Source: Balanoglossus misakiensis
Taxonomy: Eukaryota; Animalia; Hemichordata
Assembly (NCBI GenBank): GCA_040954595.2
Contig: CM082584.2
Span: forward strand, 5,274,110 to 5,338,109
Direction: 5' to 3'
Length of the DNA: 64,000 bases
A program made the translations under genes and the position numbers. Of this stretch, positions 10,801 to 21,103 are shown piece by piece. Each line of letters begins with the position of its first letter. Within the stretch, counting starts at the first letter, position 1. The notes under the pieces are model-generated. The model saw only the letters and a list, made by a program, of their open reading frames with translations, made no database searches and had not been told where the DNA came from.

Positions 10801-13800
10801 CTTCTGATCCTGCATTGAGTAACTTAGCAACACCTTTCATCCATGAAGGTAATTCTTCTTCTAACATTCGGATGTTACCGTCAAGGTGATGGTTGATTGG
10901 TGGAGGTGCAACAACTGTAACATGAAAATAAAACAATTGGTAATGAGTCACTTCCAGTTTAAAACACCATTGTACAGTCAAACCTGTGTTAGTGGTCACC
11001 TCCATATATAGGAAACCTGTCTGTAGTGGCCACTTAGTTAAGGTCCCTTTGCAATTTATATGTACATTAATTGACCTGTCTATAAAGGCCACCTGTCTAT
11101 AAAGACCAGTTTAGGAAAGTCCCTTGACTGGCCACTATAGACAGGTTTGACTGTACACACAAAAACCTGTGTATAAATAGGCCCATAGAAATATGTGAAT
11201 TCCAATGAACACACTGCCTATTTAATTACCCCCGGTATTTGTATCGCTGTCACAAAATTTGTCCTGCACCTATTATCCACAGAACACTGCTGTAGTCTGT
11301 GTGCGACATTTTATTCCAGACTCGGCCTATTGCGCAACACACATATAACAGAAATACAAATTGCCCTGAAGTATAATATGTACTCAAACTCACTCTGCGT
11401 TGCTTTGGATGGGAACCACTTTTTAAAACCAGCCGTCTTGATACGTCTGTGATCGCAGAGCACCATTTTGTTGTTCAAGCACTGATCCAGATTCAGGAAG
11501 TGGACGTCTTTCTTGGAACCGCACGGACATTGGACGGAGAATTCGTACTTGACACGTTTCATCCACATTGCACGCAGATCGGCCAGAGTGGAATCCAGGA
11601 AATGGCGGACCTGGGAAGTCGATGGACAGGAATTGTTAGATGTCATGTTATTGTTTCCTCATGTATTTCTTGGCTTGAATGCTGACAAAGACTTAGTGGT
11701 GATCTGCAGATCAGGTGTGTGATATGTTGGTGCCTTTACTATAATATGCATCTCAAGATTTGCACTAAGTGCTGTAAAAGTATTAACCAATCTGCCACCC
11801 ACCGCCCCTCCCTTGCTGACAAAGACGTAGAGGTGATCTATAATTCAGTTGTGTGATGTATTGGTGCCTTTATTCTTATCATTATGCATGGCGAGAAATT
11901 GCACTACCGGTATAATGCTGTAAAAGTAACCCAATCAACAAGACATTGAACTCAGGGTTGTTCAGTTAATTCAATCAACAAGACACTGCCACCCCCTGTC
12001 CCTCCCTGCTTCAAAGTGGAACACTCCACACTACCCTTCCTCCCCCATTCCTTCCTTTCCCCTAACACCCACATTTAAATTTCCACCCACTTCTGCATCG
12101 ACATACAATGATTACCTTGGCACAAGTATTGGGATTTGGTGGAAGGTCCTTGGTGTCTTCAGCCTCGTCATCTTCACCAATACATTCCACTCTCATCACA
12201 GTGACCTATAAGTCAAGGGATACATTCAGACTTGAGCATTTAACAGACATCTACACCTTCAAAGGTTTTGCTTGCTAGCAGAGGTAATTTTTGATACACC
12301 TTAAAATATTACCATTGCCCTTACTGCACTGCTATTGCTAGTGTACACTTGGCTGAATTGACTAAACATTCATGAAATGTCCGTGGGGTTCTGCTTGGAG
12401 ATGACACCATGACTTGGAAGGGTGCCCTCTTTACGAAAAAGGTGTATTACAAAGTCAGATTTCACATAAGTTCTTTCTACCACCATGCGACTATTTTGAA
12501 CTCAGGATCAAAATTTCTTCCAGCTGCAAAAGGTACAGAATATCTGAAAAATCTTGGTGATTACCTTAATCCGTGCAAATCTTGCTGGTCCCATTTCTAA
12601 TGCAAAGTCATGATCTTCATCGAGATAAAATCTTGCCATGCGATAGTACAATTTGGGTTCATGACCTCCCTGTTCTTGTGACCACCTGACAGCACGCGTC
12701 AATATTCGATGAAATAAACCATCTGCAAAAAATAACGTAGTTAAAAATCCCCTCCTGAATTTGCCAAAGAGTCATATATCTAAGTCTTTTCTTTCATTCC
12801 ACTGAAAAATAGTCATTTGTCAGAAAATAACAATGCTGCTACACACAAGGACATCACTCAAATATTTAACACTGAATATAACAATTTGAATGCCACATTT
12901 TTATCCTATCAAAATATAGTGCTAATATATTATATTAAAATCAGTATCATCAAGTGTTTGAGAATTTAAAACGACATAAAAAGTGCTACAACATACCAGG
13001 CAGGAAGCCACCAAAGGTGATATAGAAAACAACATCAACTTTATCTGTAATCAATTCCTCTTTGTTGGGAAGGTGTCGTAATCTGGACGGAACATAGTGA
13101 CTTTTCTCAAACTTCGAACTCTCTATGGAATTCAACTGTAAACAAAAACAATGCAGTGATAATTAAAAGTATACGATCAGAAATATAGAAATATAACGAC
13201 AGTTACCATGGCAAACTAAGATCTAGCCAATCAAAAATTTTCACACGAAAGAGCACCACCATATGTTCTTAAGAGCTGTCAGATACACGGTTTTTGCCAT
13301 TTATCGGACATATGTAAATTGGAGGTGACTATGTAACTATAATAGAATGACCAAACTGATGAGACAATTTCAATCTCTTCATCGTTTATTTTCAACAGAG
13401 ACGGACTAAAGACAATAATTATTTCTTCTGTTTCTTTACGGTACATTCCAGTTCAAATTCATGTGTCCAATCTGTGTCTGGCTCATAAACTACAATGTAT
13501 ATCCTGACTCCAACCACTTACATATTTAGGAGGCACTCTCTCACACAGTAAATCAAATTTCTCCATCAAACCAAGCAGGGTATTCTTCTGATCCATGACA
13601 TCTCTCCACATATGGTTAATCAGCCTGTCTTCTAAGATTCCTGCTTGGTCTAACTTTGCCCAGGAATCGATGAAAGTTGGCCACTGTAAGATTGACAAGA
13701 AAATATTCATGTAGTAGACGATACTTCAATTCTATATGAAGCTGTATCAGACTTGTTATTACTGATCACTCTGTGAAGTCTCATATAGGATAATTTGATC

Positions 13801-16800
13801 ATCTTGTTTGATTCTCACAGGATATCCTATATCGAATAGCAACTGTACACCAACAACAAAAGATGAAAATTATACCTTGTCTATCTTAGATTTAAACATG
13901 GTTCTTAAAGCCCCACAAGATGCCACTTTTATCATATTTTTAAGAGTAAAATACTTCAATCTTCTAATATCCTTATCTGATGTACAGCACCATTTTGAAC
14001 TTGTGAAGATTCTAATACACATACTAATGTGCACTCTTGCTATAGGATGCTGAATAAAGGGGTGTGGCACCTCTTCATTATTTAACTTGTTTTATATTAA
14101 CACACGTACAGCCACAATCTGAGGTTGAAAATATGTTTGTGTATACCCATCACGTGGCTCTATGCAAAAAGAAAATGGCAGCTATTGGGGCTTTAAACCT
14201 TATTCAGTGTAACAAAAAAGGGCAAACAGCTGAGAAATGACCCAAATTTCACTGCATTTCATCATTTGATTCCTCTACTATATTGCCTTTTACCAACACT
14301 GGTGATCCAATTCCTTCAACCACTCAGTCAATATAATGTCTTGTGACAATCATAATTCTCATTTCACTTCATCAATGTTTACTTGCATGACTGAAGTCAC
14401 TTACTTGCTTGTCAATGTCTTTGACAGTAATGACTCTCTTGAAGACATCAACCAACCACTGCGGTTTCAGAATGACAGTATTCTGCAAAGAGTCGTCTAC
14501 GGCTCCACTGCCACCATAGTAGACGATGACCCCGAGGTCATGGTAGAACTGTAACATGGTTATCAGGCCTTCTCTGCTCTTAATGCCCAGCTCTTTACCT
14601 AATTCTGTGATCTGCAGAAAGAACGCACACAAGATAACATGATTTTTGGGGAAATATAGCTTTCATGCACATGTATTTGCATTTCCTTCATCATGCATGT
14701 ACGTGTGCGTCACACACACAACCACACACACACACATGGTTCAGTCCTCAACATCTGAAAGAGGTGACACTTCCACATCAGCCAGAGATCAGCATGACTT
14801 TATCTCTGTACGAGTATTTATCAATCAGCATGCAAGACTCACGTCAACCTCACATTTATCAGTCATTTCACACTGATTTCCTTCTTACAAAAGTCTTGAA
14901 TGACAATACATGACGGTTTGCATTGTATACTAAAATTTGTTTACCAATATATCTGTATGTCTTCTCTGACACCAATACATGTACACACACTCACACTCAC
15001 TTTCACACTCACATTCATGTTCACATTAACACTCACACTGGCACTCCCATTCACACATACATAATTACATACCTGGTTCAGCGACAAGTAGAAGGTATTA
15101 TTTTCAATATATTCAGCTATTTTCTGTTCAAACTTCAACCACTTGATTGGCATCTGTTCTCCCATATAGGGCTCCCCACTGGCCACTTCTTCGATGTGTT
15201 TCCTCAATTTGCCCACCTGTCAAGACAGATACATTGAAAGCATGTTATACACTATAAACACTTTATTTTCGCGAGCAATAAATTTTCGCGAAATGCACGA
15301 GAGCCAAAATAGCATGAAAATAAAAAGTCGCGTAAATTGTTTTGAAGATAACGATGCAGTGAGTGAAATAAGAGAACGCGAAAATTAATACTCGCGAAAC
15401 AGTGGCCTCTCTCGATATCGCGAAAATTTCAACTCGCGAAAATAATGTGTTTTACAGTATATCACATGTGATAAGTGTAACTGTGGATGAAACATTGTAT
15501 CATTTGTTACCATGGAGATTATTTACAGCATTGTCTCAAAGAGTTCCAACTACAGTTCCACTGGAACCAGATCAAACAAACATTCCTCTGTCTACTCACC
15601 TCTGAATCTTCGCCATCCTCAATGTTATTCTCCACAGCATAGTAATGATTCACAACATGCATGCAGTATGGCTTTCCTTTCAAATTCTCACGGATTCTGT
15701 GGAATTTTTGCTCAATCTGAAAACAAACAAGTGTGACAAGTTAATTTAAAATATCTTACAAACCAACACAATACATAGGTAACTTTGTTTATGGTATTAA
15801 CGCAAACAAGAAATAAGCCTTTCAAAATTATAATCCACCAGTGTAGTCAATATAAAATGATTCAGAAAGATGTAATAACGCTGGTTTCAATAATTTATTT
15901 AGACAAAGATCAAAGTAAGACTTGAATGGAAAATGGACAGTGTGCGAAAAGTAATTCAAAAGACATGTGGAAGTATAGGTATGTATCAGTAATAACCAGA
16001 ATTCAGAAGTTTATCAAAAAGTTTATAAAATAAATTAAGGACAATTTTTGAAGGGACAAAGGATGAGTTGTCAAGAGACACCAACCTTCTGTTTTCGGAC
16101 TTTTTCATCTGGATCAACCGAGTTTTTGTGAGTTCCGACGATAAAGATTGGTGGTGATAAAGTCATATTGTCTGGACTGTTCCTCTGATTTGTTGCAGTA
16201 TGTGCATGAATTGAACTCATCCAAAAATCCATGAAGTCCAGATTTGTCAGTTCACTGTCTTCATATATCACCTGAAATCGAGGCACACCACAGAAACATG
16301 CTTGTATTATTGCAACGTTCCAATTCTGGCTGCCTGACATATGTTTTTATGTCGCACTAGGGGGTCAAATCACATTATAACAATTGCATTCTGGGTAAAA
16401 GGTCAACAACTGTAGTATTTGAAGGAATGATATGTTGACTGTATTTCATAAATCTCTTTGAGGCACACCACAGAAACATGCTTGTATTATTGCAACGTTC
16501 CAATTCTGGCTGCCTGACATATGTTTTTATGTCGCACTAGGGGGTCAAATCACATTATAACAATTGCATTCTGGGTAAAAGGTCAACAACTGTAGTATTT
16601 GAAGGAATGATATGTTGACTGTATTTCATAAATCTCTTTGATCAAAATTTGTCTTTGTAGTTAAACTCATTCAACTTTTTTTACATTTTGTTATTTTTTC
16701 TGTTACAAATTTCCAGAATTACTCAGTATCGTTTAAGATTATGAACGTCGTAAGGTATAGTCAAAATTGATCCTTGCTAGGATGAGAAAGCATTTTTGTT

Positions 16801-19800
16801 TGGCCTAACTCTTCTCTACACCATGATGTCATTTAGGATGGCCCAATCACAGATGTCCTTCCTTACCTGTCCATCACCAATCCTCACTTGTGTTCTAGCA
16901 GGCGCATCAAGGTCATGGGTCAGATTGAACACAATAGTATACACGGCTCTTGAAGTCAGAAATACCTGTCAAAATGGCAACAAACCAGATATATTTAGGA
17001 CATGCAACTTGACAACTAATGCTGTAGTCAATTCAAGTGTCTGATAAGCTCTATGTCACAGACAGCAGAGCCAAATACTGTAAACCGGGAAATTTTAGTG
17101 AACGATAAATTTCTGTGAACTTTGCATGGGCCAGATAAAAGCAAAAAAAAATAGTCGTATAGTTAAGACTTACTTGATGTGTTGTGTAATAAACTGCTTG
17201 ACCAGCAAAATCCCAAATATTCAGAACAATATTTTTCTTGGCCGACTCTTTGATATCAGATTCTTCAACGTCCGGATTTTCAGCCTTATTCAATAGTTGA
17301 GTGACAAGTTCAGCAATCTTCTCTGGCATATCTTTCAAGAGATCATTGTCGGCCAAATTCTCATCGTCTGCGTTATCTAGTCCATCTTCTGATTCTACTG
17401 ACTGTAAAATATATGAAATAAAACATTTATTAACTTTTGACAATTAATTGGCGACGATTGTCTTAAAATGCGCATGTGCCAAACCAAAGACTCTGGTTAC
17501 AAAAATTGTATACAGGCAATGCCATAAGGCAGTGTGTTGTCCTAACAACAGACAAAATGGCCGTGACCATGTTGGAGATCGGGGAAAGACAGCAAATTGG
17601 GTGAAAAGAAGGGACAAAACTAAAGTCTACTATAGCATACGATGCATATGAAATATGGAAGGAAGCAAAGGCCATCCACTATTTGAATTAATCGAATGCA
17701 AAATTTGCAGAACATTTGGTATGGATGTTATGTTTGTACACACAAAACTATGCAAATGGTTAATGTCAAGTTATTAGGTTAAAACTGAAGAGAAATTACT
17801 AATTACTCTACCAATGTCAATGTGTTTCTGTAATCAAAGACTTGGTCAAACTCAATCTTCATTACTCTTTTCATATTAAATAGCAATTTTGTATCCAGCG
17901 CTCACAAATAATTTGGTCTTTCAATTATATAATTACAATTAATGTTCTTTGTATTTTTCTTATGCCAGCTCTATTTTTGTAGTATCGCTTTGAGTGTGTG
18001 GTCACCCCACCTATAGGGTGACACAATATAGGGCAGGTGCAAAACTAGTATGTTATGTAAATTTGTCACACTGATTCAAAATACAATGTACATGCAGTAG
18101 CGCTCATTATTCAAATATACTGCAGAATTCTGAATACAAAAATGTAGTCTAGTTTTATTCAAAAGAAATCTACCCTTGAAATGTGTTCTTCATACAAGAT
18201 AATCAACTTGCATTGTGATTCTCTAAATATCTCAAATCTGCACCTGTGGCCCCAGCAGAAAATCTACACAAGAACTCTCTTTTAAAACCTGACCTATATT
18301 CATAAACTGCAAAACCAGCGACCTAGCAGTCGATACAGCTCCGCTAAGATATTTTGCATTATAAAGTAAACGAGATATCTGCTTTAGAAATCAATGGCAC
18401 ATTTTCTTGACAGCAGACAATTTGCTAAGCCGTAAAAATGATACATGTACACATAGGACTCAACCATCGGATAAAAGCTATAGCCTATTCAGTCCATAGA
18501 AGCTAAAAATATATAAAGCATTCACAATAAACACAGAACTTACCTGTGATTTGTTAGAATCAGTGTCTATCACTGCTTTCTTTTCCGTAACATTTTCAAA
18601 GTTTGATTTTTCCATTTTCTCATTAATTTCATCACTCTTTTCCTTTCCTTTCCTCTTCTTTTCAAGTAAATCTTGGACGATGTTATTGGCTATGGCTCGC
18701 ATGTACTCTTCCTCCAATCCTTCAGAGCCATCAAGGACACCCTTATTATGGATGCCCCCACTTTCCTCCCCCTCATCACTCTTATGAATCTGCCAGGCTT
18801 CAAACTTCTCAACGTTGATCTCACATGCTGCCATGGTATCTATGCCGTCTGTACTTTCTTCACGGGAATCATATCTGCAAGAAATGAATATTTTTTTTTC
18901 ACTTGTGCCACCAACTAAAAATTTGTGATTGGCAAAATTTGAATTTTCCATGGTAAAAGTTGCATGGGTGACTATGTACCTTTAAAGGTATACAGTCACC
19001 CCCAATTTACATATGCCCATATATGGCTGAAATGGAGATTTGAGCGTTCTAAAGAACATATGGTGGCCCCTTTTTTTTTCGTGTGTGCCACCCACTGAAA
19101 ATCTGTGATTGGCTAGATCTCAATTTGCCATGGTAACTATACTTAATTATCCATAGGTGACCATACACCTGTAAGAAACAGTCTTACTAGTTACCTTTGT
19201 CCTGTTAATGATTTCTTCAGACTAGTTTTACCAACTCTGTCTTGTCCGACCAGCATAAGTCTCGTGCGGAAGATTGGTTTGCTGCCTGATTTTGAGGCTT
19301 GCAAGAAAGCTTTCATGGACTCTGGTCCTCTGGCAAGAATCTCGGTGGGGGCCGCCTCTGTAAGAATTACAAATAATCAAATAAGACTAGGAGTATGAAA
19401 TTGTCTGGTGTTATTGCAATAGTACACGCACTCCAAGAGGTTCCAAATGGTAACAGCTAAAGTCTAAAGTCTATGGATGTCATTAAGAATGTTTGTGTTG
19501 AAAAATCTGTCCTTGTTACAAAAATGCCCTGATTAGGGAGATACCCATAAGAACAGGTTTACTGAATTCAGTTTTTCAACAATAACAATGCTGATTACGA
19601 GATTTTTTTATAAAGTGATTTACAGAGTACATGTAGAACAAGAAACCCAGATGACACCCAAAACAAAAAATATTCAGAAAATATCCCAAAGTTCGAGTTA
19701 CTGTACCTTTATTTTGTCGTGCATGTTTCACTTTATAATGTATGTTTATCTGACTTTGTTCCATCCAGGATGGCATCAATAGGGGGATATGTCCCTCTTT

Positions 19801-20468
19801 GCCAGAATATTTTGGGGTGATTCCAATCTGGCAAGGGGGGGGGGGGGATGTAATATCTCCAACATGTGAGCAACATCATTTTAAGGGGCGCTTGTCCCTC
19901 CTTCACTAATTGACATTCCAACATTTCAACAGGAGGTGACTCCCCCTGGGCCCTGTCTAGATGAAACACTAAATTCTCTACAGTACAAAATACACTTACC
20001 TGGATCAACAAATCTGACTTGTTTGGTCACCCCATAGACATCTATCAACGCCCACAAAGACTTCTCCTTGGACACGTCAACTTTGCTGGCATGAATGCCT
20101 TGATATTCATTATTGACGTAATAATGAACATCGCCATTTTCATCAACATTATACGTTAACCGGTTCCCCTTGGTGGCAAACTTCTCCGGAAGAGCTTTGG
20201 CCCAGAATCCAGGTTTGTTAGTAAGATCCGGGACGGCATATTTCGGCAAATCGCCAACTTCGTTCGGATCTACACTGGTGAATCCAAAGCGTATGGCTCC
20301 GCTCCACCCAGTCACATTGTCGGTGAATTCCAGGGAAATCCTGTCACCGACCGGAATGGGAACAGCGCTAAACGCGATGCCATTGCTGAAACTGTCCGTG
20401 CGAGTCGCAGTCAGCCGATCTGAGGAGAACTCTATCAGACTACCACATTTCTCATGGAAGTAAGTCAT
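7827..20468 (-). CDS. Roco-family protein NHR-Roc-COR-Death-TIR-CaaX, 19 coding exons, 1248 aa
   Basis: Exons (all GT-AG, phases consistent, 3747 nt in total): 20000-20468, 19195-19357, 18544-18874, 17174-17401, 16867-16965, 16086-16271, 15600-15716, 15073-15216, 14405-14611, 13522-13683, 12997-13135, 12565-12722, 12116-12205, 11394-11610, 10768-10914, 9961-10134, 9365-9543, 8702-8879, 7827-8185. Motifs: NHR (FHEKCG..GWSGAIRFG..WALIDVYG); P-loop GQDRVGKTS; STDGID; WDFAGQAVYYTTHQ; VGTHKN; COR (MPIKWLKFE, LQFYHDLGVI, ILKPQWL); Death domain (DWLALAEKLG); TIR (VFISYNW, CWMDIGQMGGG, SHNCNREI, IIPV); C-terminus CTLL*. Confidence 0.88.
8100..9543 (-). other. TIR (TIR_2-type) domain exons of the Roco gene
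   Basis: VFISYNW..VKRLRDRLEKSGFQCWMDIGQMGGGDTLYERIDEGLRNCKVVIACITPKYIVSHNCNREISLA..KPIIPVMF..WPP; the conserved Glu codon is at 8823-8825. Confidence 0.85.
9961..10914 (-). other. Death domain exons of the Roco gene
   Basis: VAKLLN..SDWLALAEKLGY..KIQKF..NPALEMITDW..SIEMMLTCLEQMHREDVIDII fits the six-helix death-domain pattern. Confidence 0.8.
10973..11155. mobile_element. Tc1/mariner (pogo/Tigger-like) MITE
   Basis: TA-CAGTCAAACCTGT...ACAGGTTTGACTG-TA with internal repeated CCACCTGTCTATAAAG; a fragment lies near 59044-59117. Confidence 0.8.
11681..11936. repeat. Diverged tandem duplication of about 135 bp
   Basis: GCTGACAAAGAC.TAG.GGTGATCT..TTGGTGCCTTTA..TTGCACTA..GCTGTAAAAGTA..CCAATC occurs twice. 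Confidence 0.7.
14983..15060 (+). repeat. Degenerate CA-rich (CACACT/CACATT)n repeat
   Basis: Hexamer-like CA-rich low-complexity run next to a Roco splice donor. Confidence 0.6.
15250..15459 (+). mobile_element. MITE family A, copy 2
   Basis: Same internal motifs; ends TTTTACAGTA. Confidence 0.75.
16280..16641. repeat. Exact 180-bp tandem duplication in a Roco intron
   Basis: 16280-16459 is identical to 16460-16639 by line-by-line comparison. Confidence 0.9.
17470..17760 (+). repeat. Interspersed repeat family B (also at about 8285-8455 and 30440-30690)
   Basis: Shared GTGCCAAACC..CTCTGGTTACAAAAATTGTA, GTCCTAACAACAGACAA.ATGGC and CCACTATTTGAAT. Confidence 0.7.
18890..19173. mobile_element. 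Two head-to-tail copies of a TTAA-flanked (Kolobok-like) MITE
   Basis: The junction GGTGACTATGTACCT-TTAA-AGGTATACAGTCACC is centred at 18981-18984. Internal GTGCCACC.ACT.AAAAT.TGTGATTGGC is duplicated (about 18905 and 19085). An inverted copy lies at about 13195-13340. Confidence 0.55.
19780..19970 (-). repeat. Interspersed repeat family C, hAT-like end (also at about 26968-27163)
   Basis: Both copies share GGGGGATATGTCCC..TTTGC.AGAATATT and end GTCTAGATGAAACACT. Confidence 0.6.
20000..20468 (-). other. Neuralized homology repeat (NHR) domain exon of the Roco gene
   Basis: FHEKCGSLIEFSSDRLTATR..FSNGIAFS..GWSGAIRFGFTSVDP..WAKALP..LWALIDVYG matches the NHR consensus. The whole domain sits in the first coding exon, which has an upstream acceptor at 20575, so a non-coding exon lies further up. 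Confidence 0.85.
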
Positions 20469-20911
20469 CGCGTATCATAGTTTATGTTCAACTTCCAAAG
20501 TAAAATCCATCTTCCCATTTACTTGGACGTATCACAACGGAATGTACAGGCTGAACTCGCAAATGTGTAACTTCCTGTAAATAGACAACAAAACAAACAA
20601 ATCAATTTGAAATGAAAATTGATTGTTTACCACACTTATTTGTAAACTTGTCTCACATTCTCAGTGGCCATTTCTATTAAAATGTTACCTATCAGAGAAG
20701 ATAACCAATATTTGTTCATCCACTTATTAACCCTGATTATCAGACACCAGTGCAAACACATGCATTAGAGCAGAGCATATGCGAACATGTACTGAATGTT
20801 ATTTTCAGATCGGTTAAATTATAACTAAAAAATATGTCCATGATATTCAGCAGTGTTCATTAGGCCAATAGATACAAAGGTCAGAGTTCACACTGCATCA
20901 GCTACAAGTAT

Positions 20912-21103
20912 AACTGTAAAACGGGAAGTCTGCGAACAATACATTTTTATGAACTTTGCAAAGGTCAAAAAATCGCAAAAACAAAAAGTTGTGTAAAATG
21001 TTTTTCAGATATAATGATGTAGTTTTTAAATACGAGAATGCAAAATTTAGTCGTCGCATAACAGTTGCCTCTTTTGATATCTGAAAATTTCCTGGTTTAC
21101 AGT
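20912..21103 (+). mobile_element. MITE family A, copy 3
   Basis: ACTGTAAAAC...GTTTACAGT with the shared internal sequence. Confidence 0.7.

Larger units (their letters stand above)
11394..15216 (-). other. COR domain exons of the Roco gene
   Basis: MPIKWLKFE, MLQFYHDLGVIVYY, VILKPQWLVDVF, LMEKFDLLC, YVPSRL and FLPDGLFHRI are typical COR-A/COR-B motifs. Confidence 0.85.
15600..19357 (-). other. Roc GTPase domain exons of the Roco gene
   Basis: PTEILARG pre-Roc motif; RLMLVGQDRVGKTSL (G1); STDGID (G2); WDFAGQ (G3); VGTHKN (G4); YAVEN (G5-like). Confidence 0.88.

Noticed and set aside
16280-16641. Direct repeats as a possible CRISPR-like or other array
   Set aside because: Only two adjacent identical units with no spacers, in a eukaryotic intron.
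18966-19001. 36-bp near-perfect palindrome as a possible ncRNA or terminator hairpin
   Set aside because: Explained as the tail-to-head junction of two TTAA-flanked MITE copies.
10454-19137. Several RFX X-box-like palindromes in Roco introns (e.g. GTTACCATAGCAAC at about 10480, GTTACCATGGCAAAC at about 13202)
   Set aside because: Some lie inside a repeated MITE, and similar motifs are scattered across the window far from promoters, so they do not support ciliary regulation.
7827-20468. Calling the Roco gene LRRK2, DAPK1, MyD88 or neuralized
   Set aside because: It has no kinase, LRR, ankyrin or RING domain; each name matches only a subset of the domains.
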